Shown piece after piece: positions 1 to 8,422 of a stretch of 64,000 nt of DNA (within the stretch, counting starts at the first letter, position 1; each line of letters starts with the position of its first letter). The position numbers were made by a program, and so were the translations under genes. The stretch is from Dehalococcoidia bacterium UBA2158 (GTDB lineage Bacteria > Chloroflexota > Dehalococcoidia > Lucifugimonadales > UBA3495). Location of the stretch: positions 14,047-78,046 of the forward strand of contig DCWQ01000006.1 in NCBI GenBank assembly GCA_002328185.1, written 5' to 3'. Below the pieces are notes generated by a model that was given only the letters and a program-made list of their open reading frames with translations, did not search any database and was not told the DNA's origin.

Positions 1-298
1 GGTCCTCGGCGAACCGGGCGGCGGCGGCGGCGCCCTCGGAGAACATCTGCCGGCTGGAGGCGTCGGACAGCGGCCCTACTAGGTCGGTGGTCGAGAAAGA
101 TATACGGGAGAGGGCGCCCAGGTTGCTATAGCGGCGCAATGCGGCCGCGCGAGTGTCAGCATCCTGGGTCTCCTGGCAGGTGCACGGGACGGCCTGTCCG
201 AACTCGGGATGGCCGATGTGAACCCGTCGGGTGACCCAACCGCTGCCGTTACATTGGGGGCAGAGGTCAGTCGAGGGTTCGCTATCCGGGAGGAGCAC
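1..298 (-). CDS. DnaC/DnaI-like replicative helicase loader, N-terminal part only (CDS runs off the left window edge)
   Basis: My own minus-strand translation; it is not in the ORF track because there is no stop in the window. GTG at 298-296, then MLLPDSEPSTDLCPQCNGSGWVTRRVHIGHPEFGQAVPCTCQ...LRRYSNLGALSRISFSTTD. The CxxC...CxC zinc-ribbon N-terminus resembles DnaI/DnaC-type loaders. The start overlaps the stop of the upstream DnaD-like gene, in the same operon as dnaB. Confidence 0.45.
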   Translation of the reverse strand, partial: MLLPDSEPSTDLCPQCNGSGWVTRRVHIGHPEFGQAVPCTCQETQDADTRAAALRRYSNLGALSRISFSTTDLVGPLSDASSRQMFSEGAAAAARFAED

Positions 299-1052
299 CC
301 CTCCGCCGTTGGTATTCTTCGAGATATTTCTGGCGGTTATCCGTCTCAGTATATCGCCCAGGCTTTCCATCTTTCCCCCTCTCTGCTCCCCCCCTGGTCT
401 CTTTGCCCCCGGTTTCTCTGCCCTCAGATGTCCAGCGCCTCAAGATGCCGGACACGTAGCGCCAACTGCGTTTGTTCTCTGCCACCGCGATGCCGAATGC
501 TTCCCGTATCCAGGATTCCGGGTAGCGCCCTTCAACCTCTTTCAATTGATCAGCTAACAGCGCCGACAACGACCCAATGCTGTCTTCATAAAGCGCAAAT
601 ATGTTGGGCTTTTCCAGCTCCGGGATGGCCACTTCCGGCTCATCTTCGGTTTCTGCCGGGACTTCACCAGCTTCTAGACGTGCGAGGGTCCGGCGGTCGG
701 CGTCTGTGTTCAACAGGAATACCGTGTTCGCCCCACTCAACTGATGGGTCAAGAAGGTCCCCCGCTTTACGGCTAAGCGGAGTCCCTGACGGATGGCCTC
801 TTCAGAGGTCTCGTTGCCCCCGGACTTTAGGCCTTTAACCAAAGTCCTGTCAGCTAGAAACTCGTCCAAGGAAACGGCCCTGAAGGCTCCGCGCTTGCGG
901 TGGAACAGCCACAGACCGCGCAAGGTTACCTTGAGTTCGGCCAGGTCCTGGATCTGCTCCAGGATGGGTCCGAACACCGGGTTGGGCACCGGGGTGTAGA
1001 GCGTTTTCCCAGTGAATCCGTCGAAACCGGAGGGGCCCCCGGAAGGCGCCAT
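282..1052 (-). CDS. DnaD-domain replication initiation/primosome protein
   Basis: 256-aa ORF. The C-terminal half (IFALYEDSIGSLSALLADQLKE...WIREAFGIAVAENKRSWRYVSGILRRW) matches the DnaD/DnaB_2 repeat signature. It lies 2 nt downstream of dnaB. Confidence 0.65.
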   Translation of the reverse strand: MAPSGGPSGFDGFTGKTLYTPVPNPVFGPILEQIQDLAELKVTLRGLWLFHRKRGAFRAVSLDEFLADRTLVKGLKSGGNETSEEAIRQGLRLAVKRGTFLTHQLSGANTVFLLNTDADRRTLARLEAGEVPAETEDEPEVAIPELEKPNIFALYEDSIGSLSALLADQLKEVEGRYPESWIREAFGIAVAENKRSWRYVSGILRRWTSEGRETGGKETRGGAERGKDGKPGRYTETDNRQKYLEEYQRRRGAPPG

Positions 1053-1054
1053 GG

Positions 1055-2419
1055 TTAGAAGTCGTCCACCCGGGCGAATGAATCGAACCGGACGAAGTTG
1101 TCCCGGAAGAAGAGCTGCAGGTTGCCGGTGGGCCCGTTACGGTGCTTGGCAACGATCAGGTCGGCGACGTTCTTCGGGTACGGACGACCGGGGTTCTGCT
1201 GAGCCCACTCATCTTCAGTTAGATAGACGTCGTCCCGGTGTAAGAACATCACCACGTCGGCGTCCTGCTCGATGCTACCGCTGTCCCGTAGGTCGGAGAG
1301 CATGGGGCGGTGGCCGGTCCGTTGTTCAACGCCGCGGCTTAGTTGAGAACAGGTGATGAGGGCGATGTTCAGGTCGCGGGCCATGACTTTGAGCGACCGT
1401 GAAATTTCTGAAATTTCTTGGACGCGGTTGTCTGATCGGTTGTTCCGTCCCTGGATCAACTGCAGATAGTCGACCACCAACAGGTCGAGCCCGTGCTCCA
1501 GCGACAGGCGGCGAGCCTTGCTCCGCATCTCGAGCATGCTCTGGAACGGCGTGTCGTCGATGTAGACCGGCAGGTCGGAGAGTCGACCGATCGCGTCGGT
1601 GATGCGGTCGCCTTCAGCTTCGGTGAGCAGGCCCAAGCGCAGGCGGTGGGAGTCGATCTCCGCCTCGGAAGATAGGATTCTTAGGGCGAGTTGCTCACGG
1701 CTCATCTCCAGGCTGAACACGCCGGCTGAGGAGCCGTTCTTGGCGGCGTTCAAGCAGATGTTCAAGGCCAGGGTGCTTTTGCCCAAAGACGGGCGGGCGC
1801 CGAGGATCAACAGGTCAGAGCGTTGGATGCCGCCTAGGAGCTCGTCTAAGTCGGTGTAACCGACCATCACCGGGCCGGAGTTGTCTCTGACAGGGTCGGT
1901 GATGGCGGCCTGGTCTTCCAAGTATTGGTCATAGATCTGCCGCAGGGGCATGAAGCCACGCTGGGAGTCGGTGCCGCGGATGGTGAATAGCGCGTCCTCA
2001 GCCTGGCGCAGAGTGGCGTCCACATCGTCGGTGTCCTGGTAGCCCATGGTCGAGATGCGGGAAGCAACGTCGATGAGCTTACGCATAGTCGCGGTGCGGG
2101 CGACCACGTTGGCGTAGTGTTCCGAGTGGGCCGAGGTTGGTGTTACGGAGATAAGGTGGCTGAGATAGGCCATGCCGCCCACGGTTTCAAGCTGGCTGGC
2201 GCGGCTCAATTCCCTGGCCAGGGTGACTTGGTCGATGGCCTCATCCCGTTGGAAGAGTGCCTCGCAGGCGGCAAAGCAGAGTTGATTTCTCTCGCGGTAG
2301 AAATCGTCTGCCTTGATGTGGGGCGCGACGCGAGAGAAGCAGTCCCCATCGATCAAGACCGACCCAACAACCGCTTCCTCCGCCTCCAAGTCATGGGGTA
2401 ACAGCTTCTCGGCATACAT
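1055..2419 (-). CDS. dnaB: replicative DNA helicase DnaB
   Basis: 454 aa with an N-terminal DnaB domain (LPHDLEAEEAVVGSVL). Walker A GARPSLGKST, Walker B LLVVDYLQL and an arginine-finger region are present. No intein. Confidence 0.95.
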   Translation of the reverse strand: MYAEKLLPHDLEAEEAVVGSVLIDGDCFSRVAPHIKADDFYRERNQLCFAACEALFQRDEAIDQVTLARELSRASQLETVGGMAYLSHLISVTPTSAHSEHYANVVARTATMRKLIDVASRISTMGYQDTDDVDATLRQAEDALFTIRGTDSQRGFMPLRQIYDQYLEDQAAITDPVRDNSGPVMVGYTDLDELLGGIQRSDLLILGARPSLGKSTLALNICLNAAKNGSSAGVFSLEMSREQLALRILSSEAEIDSHRLRLGLLTEAEGDRITDAIGRLSDLPVYIDDTPFQSMLEMRSKARRLSLEHGLDLLVVDYLQLIQGRNNRSDNRVQEISEISRSLKVMARDLNIALITCSQLSRGVEQRTGHRPMLSDLRDSGSIEQDADVVMFLHRDDVYLTEDEWAQQNPGRPYPKNVADLIVAKHRNGPTGNLQLFFRDNFVRFDSFARVDDF

Positions 2420-2423
2420 CGCC

Positions 2424-2873
2424 CTATTCTTCCACCTCAGCGTTGACGTGAATCGTGGCAGTTACTTCGGTTGAGAACCGGAGTAACACATCGTATTCGC
2501 CGGGTTCGCGGATGGGCTCGGCTATCTCCACCCAGCGGCGTTCCACTTCGCGGCCGACTTTCTCGGCCAATTCCATGGCGATGTGGGTGCTGGTGATGGC
2601 GCCGTAATACCGTCCGGTGGGGGTGATCCTAGCCGTGAGGGTGATGGAGACGTCGTCCAAGCCGCTGGCCAGTTCTTCCATGACAGCGGTCTCGCGGACG
2701 CGTACTTCGTCACCGACAGCGGTTATCTTGTGCAGCCGCTTCAGCACCTCGGGTGTGGCAATCTCCGCCAAACCCTGGGGCAAAAGATAGTTACGTGCGT
2801 ACCCGTCGGGCACCCGGCGGACCTCGCCCGCCCTGGCCTTATTGGGAACGTCTTGTGTGAAGACTACTTCCAT
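2424..2873 (-). CDS. rplI: 50S ribosomal protein L9
   Basis: 149 aa. The N-terminus MEVVFTQDVPNKARAGEVRRVPDGYARNYLLPQGLA is the L9 signature. It shows the classic rplI-dnaB adjacency. Confidence 0.9.
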   Translation of the reverse strand: MEVVFTQDVPNKARAGEVRRVPDGYARNYLLPQGLAEIATPEVLKRLHKITAVGDEVRVRETAVMEELASGLDDVSITLTARITPTGRYYGAITSTHIAMELAEKVGREVERRWVEIAEPIREPGEYDVLLRFSTEVTATIHVNAEVEE

Positions 2874-3193
2874 TGTTGGTCACTTCCGTTGGGTTCTCCG
2901 ATGGGCATGGTCGATCGGAATAGAGATGAGGCCTCACAGAAGAGACCGACTTGATTATACGGTATGCCCTCCGGAGAGGAAAGCGGGACCGGTCTGCTGC
3001 CGGACCCTGTCGGTTCTACCGATTCTCGTTCGCCGAAAATTGACTGCCCCCTGCGCCCCTCATAGAATCACTGTCACCGGATTAATGACCGAGAGGGAGA
3101 GCAGACCAACCAGCGACCGGAAAAATATATCCCTCTTTTCACAACAAATCCAGGCAGTTTCGAACAATTTGAATCGGATTTTTTGGACGATAA

Positions 3194-3862
3194 ATGGGAT
3201 TCATATCTGACATAGAGGCGCAGATTCAGTCCATAAGGGACGCCATATTGGCCCATCCTTTCGTTACGGGTGTGGGCGACGGCACCCTGCCGGTGGAGAA
3301 GTTCAAGCACTACGTGACCCAGGACTACGCCTACCTGGTTGAGTACAGCCGGGCGCTGGCACTGGCGTCGGCCCTGGCTCCCCGTCTGGACGACATGTCC
3401 TGGTTCGCTGGGTTGTTGGACGAGACCTTGAACGTTGAGATGTCGCTGCACCGCAGTTATTGCCAAGAGTTTGGCATCAGCGTCGAAGAGCTGGAGGCTA
3501 CCGTCGCTGCTCCCACTACCGTGGCTTACACCAGCTTCCTGCTGAAGACGGCCTATGACGGCAGTTTTGGTGAGTTGGTGGCGTCTTTGCTGCCCTGCCA
3601 ATGGGGGTACTGGGAGATCGGGGACCACTTGATTCGACGAGGCTTGCCCCAGCATGCGCCGCTCTACTCTCAGTGGATCGAGATGTACACCTCAGAGGGG
3701 TTCGCTGCCCTGGCTCAGCACATCCGCGACATGGCAGACCGGCTGGGCGCGGAGGCGGGTCCTACAGAGTTGACCGCCATGGGTGAGGCGTACTTGGAAA
3801 GCGTCCGCCTGGAGCGCCGGTTCTGGGACATGGCTTACAACTTGGAAGGGTGGAAAGGCTAG
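3194..3862 (+). CDS. tenA: TenA-family thiaminase II / aminopyrimidine aminohydrolase
   Basis: 222 aa. HPFVTGVGDGTLPVEKFKHYVTQDYAYLVEYSRALA and the C-terminal ERRFWDMAY are typical of the TenA/THI-4/PqqC family. Confidence 0.8.
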   Translation: MGFISDIEAQIQSIRDAILAHPFVTGVGDGTLPVEKFKHYVTQDYAYLVEYSRALALASALAPRLDDMSWFAGLLDETLNVEMSLHRSYCQEFGISVEELEATVAAPTTVAYTSFLLKTAYDGSFGELVASLLPCQWGYWEIGDHLIRRGLPQHAPLYSQWIEMYTSEGFAALAQHIRDMADRLGAEAGPTELTAMGEAYLESVRLERRFWDMAYNLEGWKG

Positions 3863-3895
3863 GCCGCTTGCAGCCGTTCGAGCAATAGGAAAACG

Positions 3896-3936
3896 CAAAA
3901 ACGCCCTGCCCTTCCGTGGAAGAGCAGGGCGTTTTC
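3896..3936. terminator. bidirectional intrinsic terminator between tenA (+) and the AAA ATPase gene (-)
   Basis: AAAAACGCCCTGC...GCAGGGCGTTTT. A 9-bp GC-rich outer stem (3901-3909 / 3924-3932) is flanked by an A-run upstream and a T-run downstream. Confidence 0.7.
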
Positions 3937-3980
3937 AGTAGACCTCCAGGTTCCTGCCAGATGGCCAAAGATTCCAGAGC

Positions 3981-4844
3981 TTACGTGTGGCTCGACAAAG
4001 CGAGCATGGCTCCGACTATGGCGAAAGCCAGGCTCAGGCTCCTCCCCGAGAGCATAGCCAAATGACTTCGGATGAACAGGGGATAGCCCTCAGTGTGCGT
4101 GTGGATGGCTTCGAGCATCTTTGAAGATGCATTTTCACCGCCAGACTCCCGGACGTACTCGCCGGCGTCGCCTGATTCCAGCCCGTCCAGCCCCAATCGG
4201 TGAAACGACGCGTTGCGAGACATTCGCGCCAGGGATTCGGTCAGCGGGTGTCGGCGGGTTACTTCCACGTCGCGGTAGGTGCCGATGACCAGGACGTTGC
4301 TTTCGGCCATCTTCTGGGCCAGGAACTCCAGCAGCAACAATGAGGGGGTGTCAGACCAGTGGAGGTCGTCTAAAACCACGACCAAAGATTGGGGTTGCGC
4401 CACGGTCTTGAGGAACGCGGTTATGGAATTGAATAGCTGGAAGCGGGTTGGTTCGGGGTCAAGGGCGGGAGGAGTCTCCAAGTCGGGGAGTTCCTGCCGA
4501 ATCTCCGGTATTAGGTCGGCAATGTCAGCAGCCGCGGAGCCGATCTCGGTGCCAAGTTGATCGGCGGGCGCGTCGGCGACTGACGCTTTGATCGGTTGGA
4601 CCCATGGCCAGTAAGGCGGGGCGCCTTCCCGCTCGTAGCACCATCCCCCAAGAACCTTAGCGCCAAGATCGGAAGCATGGGCAGTCAACTCATGGGCGAT
4701 GCTGGTCTTGCCGATGCCAGGCTCACTGGCCAGCATGACCAACCTGCCGTGACCGGCCATGGCATCGTCCAAGGCATCGTTAACCTCGGCCATTTCCTGA
4801 TGACGGCCAACGAACAACCCGCCTGCCTCTCCGGAACTGGTCAC
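3981..4844 (-). pseudogene. AAA_16-type (STAND/LuxR-MalT-like) ATPase, N-terminal domain only; probably a 3'-truncated remnant
   Basis: 287 aa with Walker A SEPGIGKTS and Walker B VVVLDDLHWSD. The protein stops just after the EGYPLFI motif, which normally precedes several hundred residues of TPR/HTH. The last ~30 aa are hydrophobic and look out of context. Confidence 0.55.
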
Positions 4845-4953
4845 TGTTTGCTACCCAGCGTGTTGGGGGCATTTTACACCCATTGGGGGGGTTAAGATGC
4901 GTGAATCTGCCGGGTTGTTGCCGGGATGCGGTTTGGCTTGCTCAGGGCGGTTT

Positions 4954-5155
4954 TTCGACAGGCTCAGCATGAGCGGGATACAGGAGAGGTTGATTGAAAG
5001 ATGAAACTTGTCGATGCGAGCATAGGCGGATTAAAAACCCGCGCCTACGTTTGCGGGCTAATGTTTTGAAATGCAGGGCTATTCTCTTCCGCTCATCCTG
5101 AGCCCCGATCTAGGTCGAGAATCTCGATAAATTGGACCTGTCGAAGGATCGGCCT
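4954..5155. repeat. cluster of REP-like palindromic repeat copies (family TTCGACAGGCTCAGGATGAGCGG)
   Basis: TTCGACAGGCTCAGCATGAGCGG at 4954-4977. The inverted copy CCGCTCATCCTGAGCC is at 5089-5104, and a partial inverted copy (rc GATCCTTCGACAGGTCC) is at 5137-5155. Confidence 0.6.
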
Positions 5156-5182
5156 GTGTAAGCCAAATTGATCGAACGGCCT

Positions 5183-5974
5183 TTACCACTTAACCGCCCG
5201 AAACACCCAGCAGGGCCAGGAGAAGGCGATGTCGTTATGCACGGGGGCGACTTGGAAGGCTTCGCGGGTGGCGGCTGGGGCTTCCATGAACTCTTTGTGG
5301 AGTGCTTCCGTTTCTTCGGGGGAGACTTTGGTGCGGGCGGTCCATTCATTGAAACGCAGGTAGATTCGGGGATAGTCGTTCTCGACCACGGTGAAGCTGC
5401 GGTCAGTGAGCAGTTCCTGAATCTTGGAGATCTTGCGGTTCTCTATGTGGCTGAAATCGCGGCGCAGCTCTATGTCGTTCATCCAATCGGTGATCGCGCT
5501 GTCTTCGGGGGCAATGCTGTCGGCCATCAGCAGCGAGCCGCCCGGCTTCAGCACCCGCTGGGTTTCGTCCAGGGCCTTTTCAAAGTCCCTAAAATGGTGT
5601 GCCGATACGCGGGAGGTGACCAGGTCCACGGACTCATCGGCGAATGGCAGGGTCTCGGCGGCGTTCTGGCTCAGATCCAGGTTGGCGATGCCCCGCTCCC
5701 GGCCCAGGCGTTGGGCCTGGCGCAGCATCGGCTCGGTAACGTCGCTGGCAATGATCCGGTCGGACACCCCAGCCACGGGGAATGCGGTGAACCCGGCACC
5801 GGTGCCCAAGTCTAAGGTCCAGCCGTAGCGGTTGGTTCCGCCAGCGGCGTCCACCATGCGCTCCACAGACTCCAGACTGTCGTCACGTATGTGCACCTTG
5901 CTGGTGGCGTAGACGGCTGCCTGAGGGCCAAATACCTGCTGGGCCGCCAGAGGAGGGTTGTTGTCCTGGGTCAT
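5183..5974 (-). CDS. class I SAM-dependent methyltransferase (Methyltransf_11-like)
   Basis: 263 aa. SAM-binding motif I is TLDLGTGAGFTA, with a post-I acidic residue and VDLVTSRVSAHHF (motif II/III). Confidence 0.8.
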   Translation of the reverse strand: MTQDNNPPLAAQQVFGPQAAVYATSKVHIRDDSLESVERMVDAAGGTNRYGWTLDLGTGAGFTAFPVAGVSDRIIASDVTEPMLRQAQRLGRERGIANLDLSQNAAETLPFADESVDLVTSRVSAHHFRDFEKALDETQRVLKPGGSLLMADSIAPEDSAITDWMNDIELRRDFSHIENRKISKIQELLTDRSFTVVENDYPRIYLRFNEWTARTKVSPEETEALHKEFMEAPAATREAFQVAPVHNDIAFSWPCWVFRAVKW

Positions 5975-6069
5975 GGTTCCTCATGTTATCTGCACAAAAT
6001 AAAACTGGCGCTTGGGTTGATAGCCAATCCCAAGCGCCAGCGTGTTTCCAGTTAAGGCGGCTGCGCCGC

Positions 6070-7131
6070 TTAGACCAGCATTGGCTCCGCGTTCTTCTGG
6101 TAGACCTGGAACCGGTGCCGGGTGGTGTCCGCGATCATGACGCGGCCGCGGCGGTCGACGCGCACCGCGCAGGGGGCCCACAGGACCTTCTCAGGAGTGA
6201 AGTCCCGAACGCCGTTACGCTGGCGGATCATGTCCGGGTTGGACTTTATCTTGTCGATACCCAGGCTGGAGAGCGCGGCGTCGCCGTTGAACTCTGTGAT
6301 GAACCGGCCCTCTGCAGTGAGGACCTGGACACGGTTGTTTAGCCAGTCGGCGATGTAGATGTCGCCGTCGTTATCGACGCAGACGCCGGTGGGTCGGTTG
6401 AACTCGCCGACCGGTACGTCTACGTACGCCATACCGCCCGTTTCACGGGCGATGGAGCAATCGCCGCCGGTGCCCGGCCTGCCGAAGGAGGCCAACCACT
6501 TGCCGTCGTTGGTGAAGGACTGGACGCGGTCGTTACGCCAGTCGGCGACGAAGATGTTTCCTTCCTTATCCAGGCAGATGCCCCAGGGCAGGTTGAATTC
6601 GCCATCGCCGGAGCCGGCGCCGCCGAACTTGCCCAGGAACTTGCCGTCTAGCGAGAATTTCTGGATCCGGTTGTTGCGGCTGTCCACAACGTAGACCGTG
6701 CCGTCGGGGCCGATGGTAATTCCGGCCGGACGATTCAATTCGCCGTCGCCTGAACCGTGGGTGCCCCAGTGGTTCTGATACTCGCCATCTTTGTTGAAGA
6801 TGGTGATGCGGTGGGTCCACTCATCCGTCACGTAGACGTTGGTGTCCTTGTCCAAGGCAATGGCCATGGGCCAGATGAACTGACCGGGCTCCTCACCGTA
6901 GGAACCGAACTCGGTGATGTACTCTTCTTTGTCCTCGCCGATGCGGAACATGTTGATGCGGGTGCCGTCGGCCCGGGACTCATAGGAGCGGTTGACGATA
7001 TAAACCAGGTCGTCAGGACCCAGGGCAAAGTCCATCGGGTTGCGGAACCCGGTGCCCTGGAACTCGGAGCGTCCAGCTGTGAAGCTGTAGGTATACGTCC
7101 GGTCGTTGATGCCCAGGAATACACTAGCCAT
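6070..7131 (-). CDS. NHL-repeat (six-bladed beta-propeller) protein
   Basis: Repeated ~45-aa units contain G.G.G.F..P.GI..D..GN.YV.D..N.R.Q.F. I moved the start from the track TTG (7146) to the ATG at 7131, which follows GAGGAGAA. Confidence 0.8.
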   Translation of the reverse strand: MASVFLGINDRTYTYSFTAGRSEFQGTGFRNPMDFALGPDDLVYIVNRSYESRADGTRINMFRIGEDKEEYITEFGSYGEEPGQFIWPMAIALDKDTNVYVTDEWTHRITIFNKDGEYQNHWGTHGSGDGELNRPAGITIGPDGTVYVVDSRNNRIQKFSLDGKFLGKFGGAGSGDGEFNLPWGICLDKEGNIFVADWRNDRVQSFTNDGKWLASFGRPGTGGDCSIARETGGMAYVDVPVGEFNRPTGVCVDNDGDIYIADWLNNRVQVLTAEGRFITEFNGDAALSSLGIDKIKSNPDMIRQRNGVRDFTPEKVLWAPCAVRVDRRGRVMIADTTRHRFQVYQKNAEPMLV

Positions 7132-7228
7132 AGTTATTCTCCTCAAAGGTTCAGTGCCCCGCGCCGCAGAAATTACTCCGGTTCAGAGGCTTACTTTCTA
7201 GATTTTTCGCGGGTCTTCGAGCGCTCCC

Positions 7229-8365
7229 CTAAAGAAAGGGTATGGGCTCGAAGTTGCTGCCGGTGATCGCCTTGGCGTCCAGGCCCATCCATTGATCCAG
7301 CAGGGTGGTGTAGGCGCGGCGGAAGTCGACGTTGTGCTGTAGGTTGCCGCCGTCTTCCAGCTTGCCGGGCTCAAGGGAGGGGTACTCGCCGTAGAGGCCA
7401 CCCTTCACGTGGTCTCCGATGACGAAGGCCACTCCGCCAGTGCCGTGGTCGGTGCCGGATCCGTTGTCCATGGCTCGCCGTCCGAACTCGGAGTAGAAGA
7501 ACAACGTTACGTTGTCGCTCTTGTCCAATTGGCGGATGTCAGTCATGAATGAATCGATGCTGACGGCTACGTCCTGCAACAGGTTGGAGTGCCCCACGGC
7601 CTGGTTGGCGTGGGTGTCGAAGATGTTGTAGGGGGCCGTGGTGAACATCACCTTAGTGCCGAAGTCGGCATTGTGCACCTGGGCCATATCGCGGAGGTAT
7701 CCGCCCATGGCGCTACTGGGGTACTCGACCTCGGACCGGTACAGGCCGGGGGCGGTGCTAAGGATGTCGGCGCCCTGCAGAGCTTCGATGCCAGTCCGAC
7801 GGATGTAATCGTCCACCGCGCCCTGGCCGATGGCCGGAGCGTACATGCGTCCGAACAGGTCGAGGGCCTCGGCCCGCTGGGCTTCGGCGCCCATGTCGGT
7901 GAGTAGGCCGTAGGTGCTAAGGTCGCCCACAGATGCTACTGCCACGCCCTCTTTGGCTAGGGAGCGGGGCAGGCCGCGTCCGAAGTTGACGCCGGTGAGC
8001 ACGTTCTCGCCCTTGGGGTCAACGTCTTGAATGACGCTGCCCAACCAACCGGTGACGCCCAACTCAACGGGTTCGCAGGTGGCCCAAATGTCCATAGACC
8101 GGAAGTGCGACAGGCTGCCGTTGGGGTAGCCGATTCCCTGGATGATGGCCAAGTGGCCCTCGTCCCAGTACTTCTTCAGTGGGGCCATGGCTGGGTGGAA
8201 GCCCAGTTGATCGGTGATGGGGATTATCTGGTCCTCAGGTATTCCCAGAGACTGACGATAGTCCCGGTAGTGAGGATTGTTGTACGGGATAACCGTGTTT
8301 AAGCCATCGTTTCCACCGGACAATGACATCACTGCCAAGACCGGGTCTTTTAGCGTTGATACCAT
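7229..8365 (-). CDS. DUF1501 domain protein (sulfatase/alkaline-phosphatase-like fold)
   Basis: 378 aa. GGNDGLNTVIPY near the N-terminus and SEFGRR...NGSGTDHG near the C-terminus are DUF1501 hallmarks. A GGAGGA SD precedes the ATG, and no twin-arginine signal is visible. Confidence 0.8.
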   Translation of the reverse strand: MVSTLKDPVLAVMSLSGGNDGLNTVIPYNNPHYRDYRQSLGIPEDQIIPITDQLGFHPAMAPLKKYWDEGHLAIIQGIGYPNGSLSHFRSMDIWATCEPVELGVTGWLGSVIQDVDPKGENVLTGVNFGRGLPRSLAKEGVAVASVGDLSTYGLLTDMGAEAQRAEALDLFGRMYAPAIGQGAVDDYIRRTGIEALQGADILSTAPGLYRSEVEYPSSAMGGYLRDMAQVHNADFGTKVMFTTAPYNIFDTHANQAVGHSNLLQDVAVSIDSFMTDIRQLDKSDNVTLFFYSEFGRRAMDNGSGTDHGTGGVAFVIGDHVKGGLYGEYPSLEPGKLEDGGNLQHNVDFRRAYTTLLDQWMGLDAKAITGSNFEPIPFL

Positions 8366-8422
8366 CCTTATTCCTCCGCCTTTAGTCGGATTTCCAAATC
8401 AATCAAATCAGATGAGGAGTTC

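Noticed and set aside
2874-3193. Looked for a TPP (THI-box) riboswitch upstream of tenA
   Set aside because: I found no CUGAGA element or ACCUGAUCUGGAUAAUGCCAGCG-like core. Only a loose CCAGCG and an AGAGGGA/TCCCTCT pairing are present. That is not enough to call a riboswitch without a covariance-model scan.
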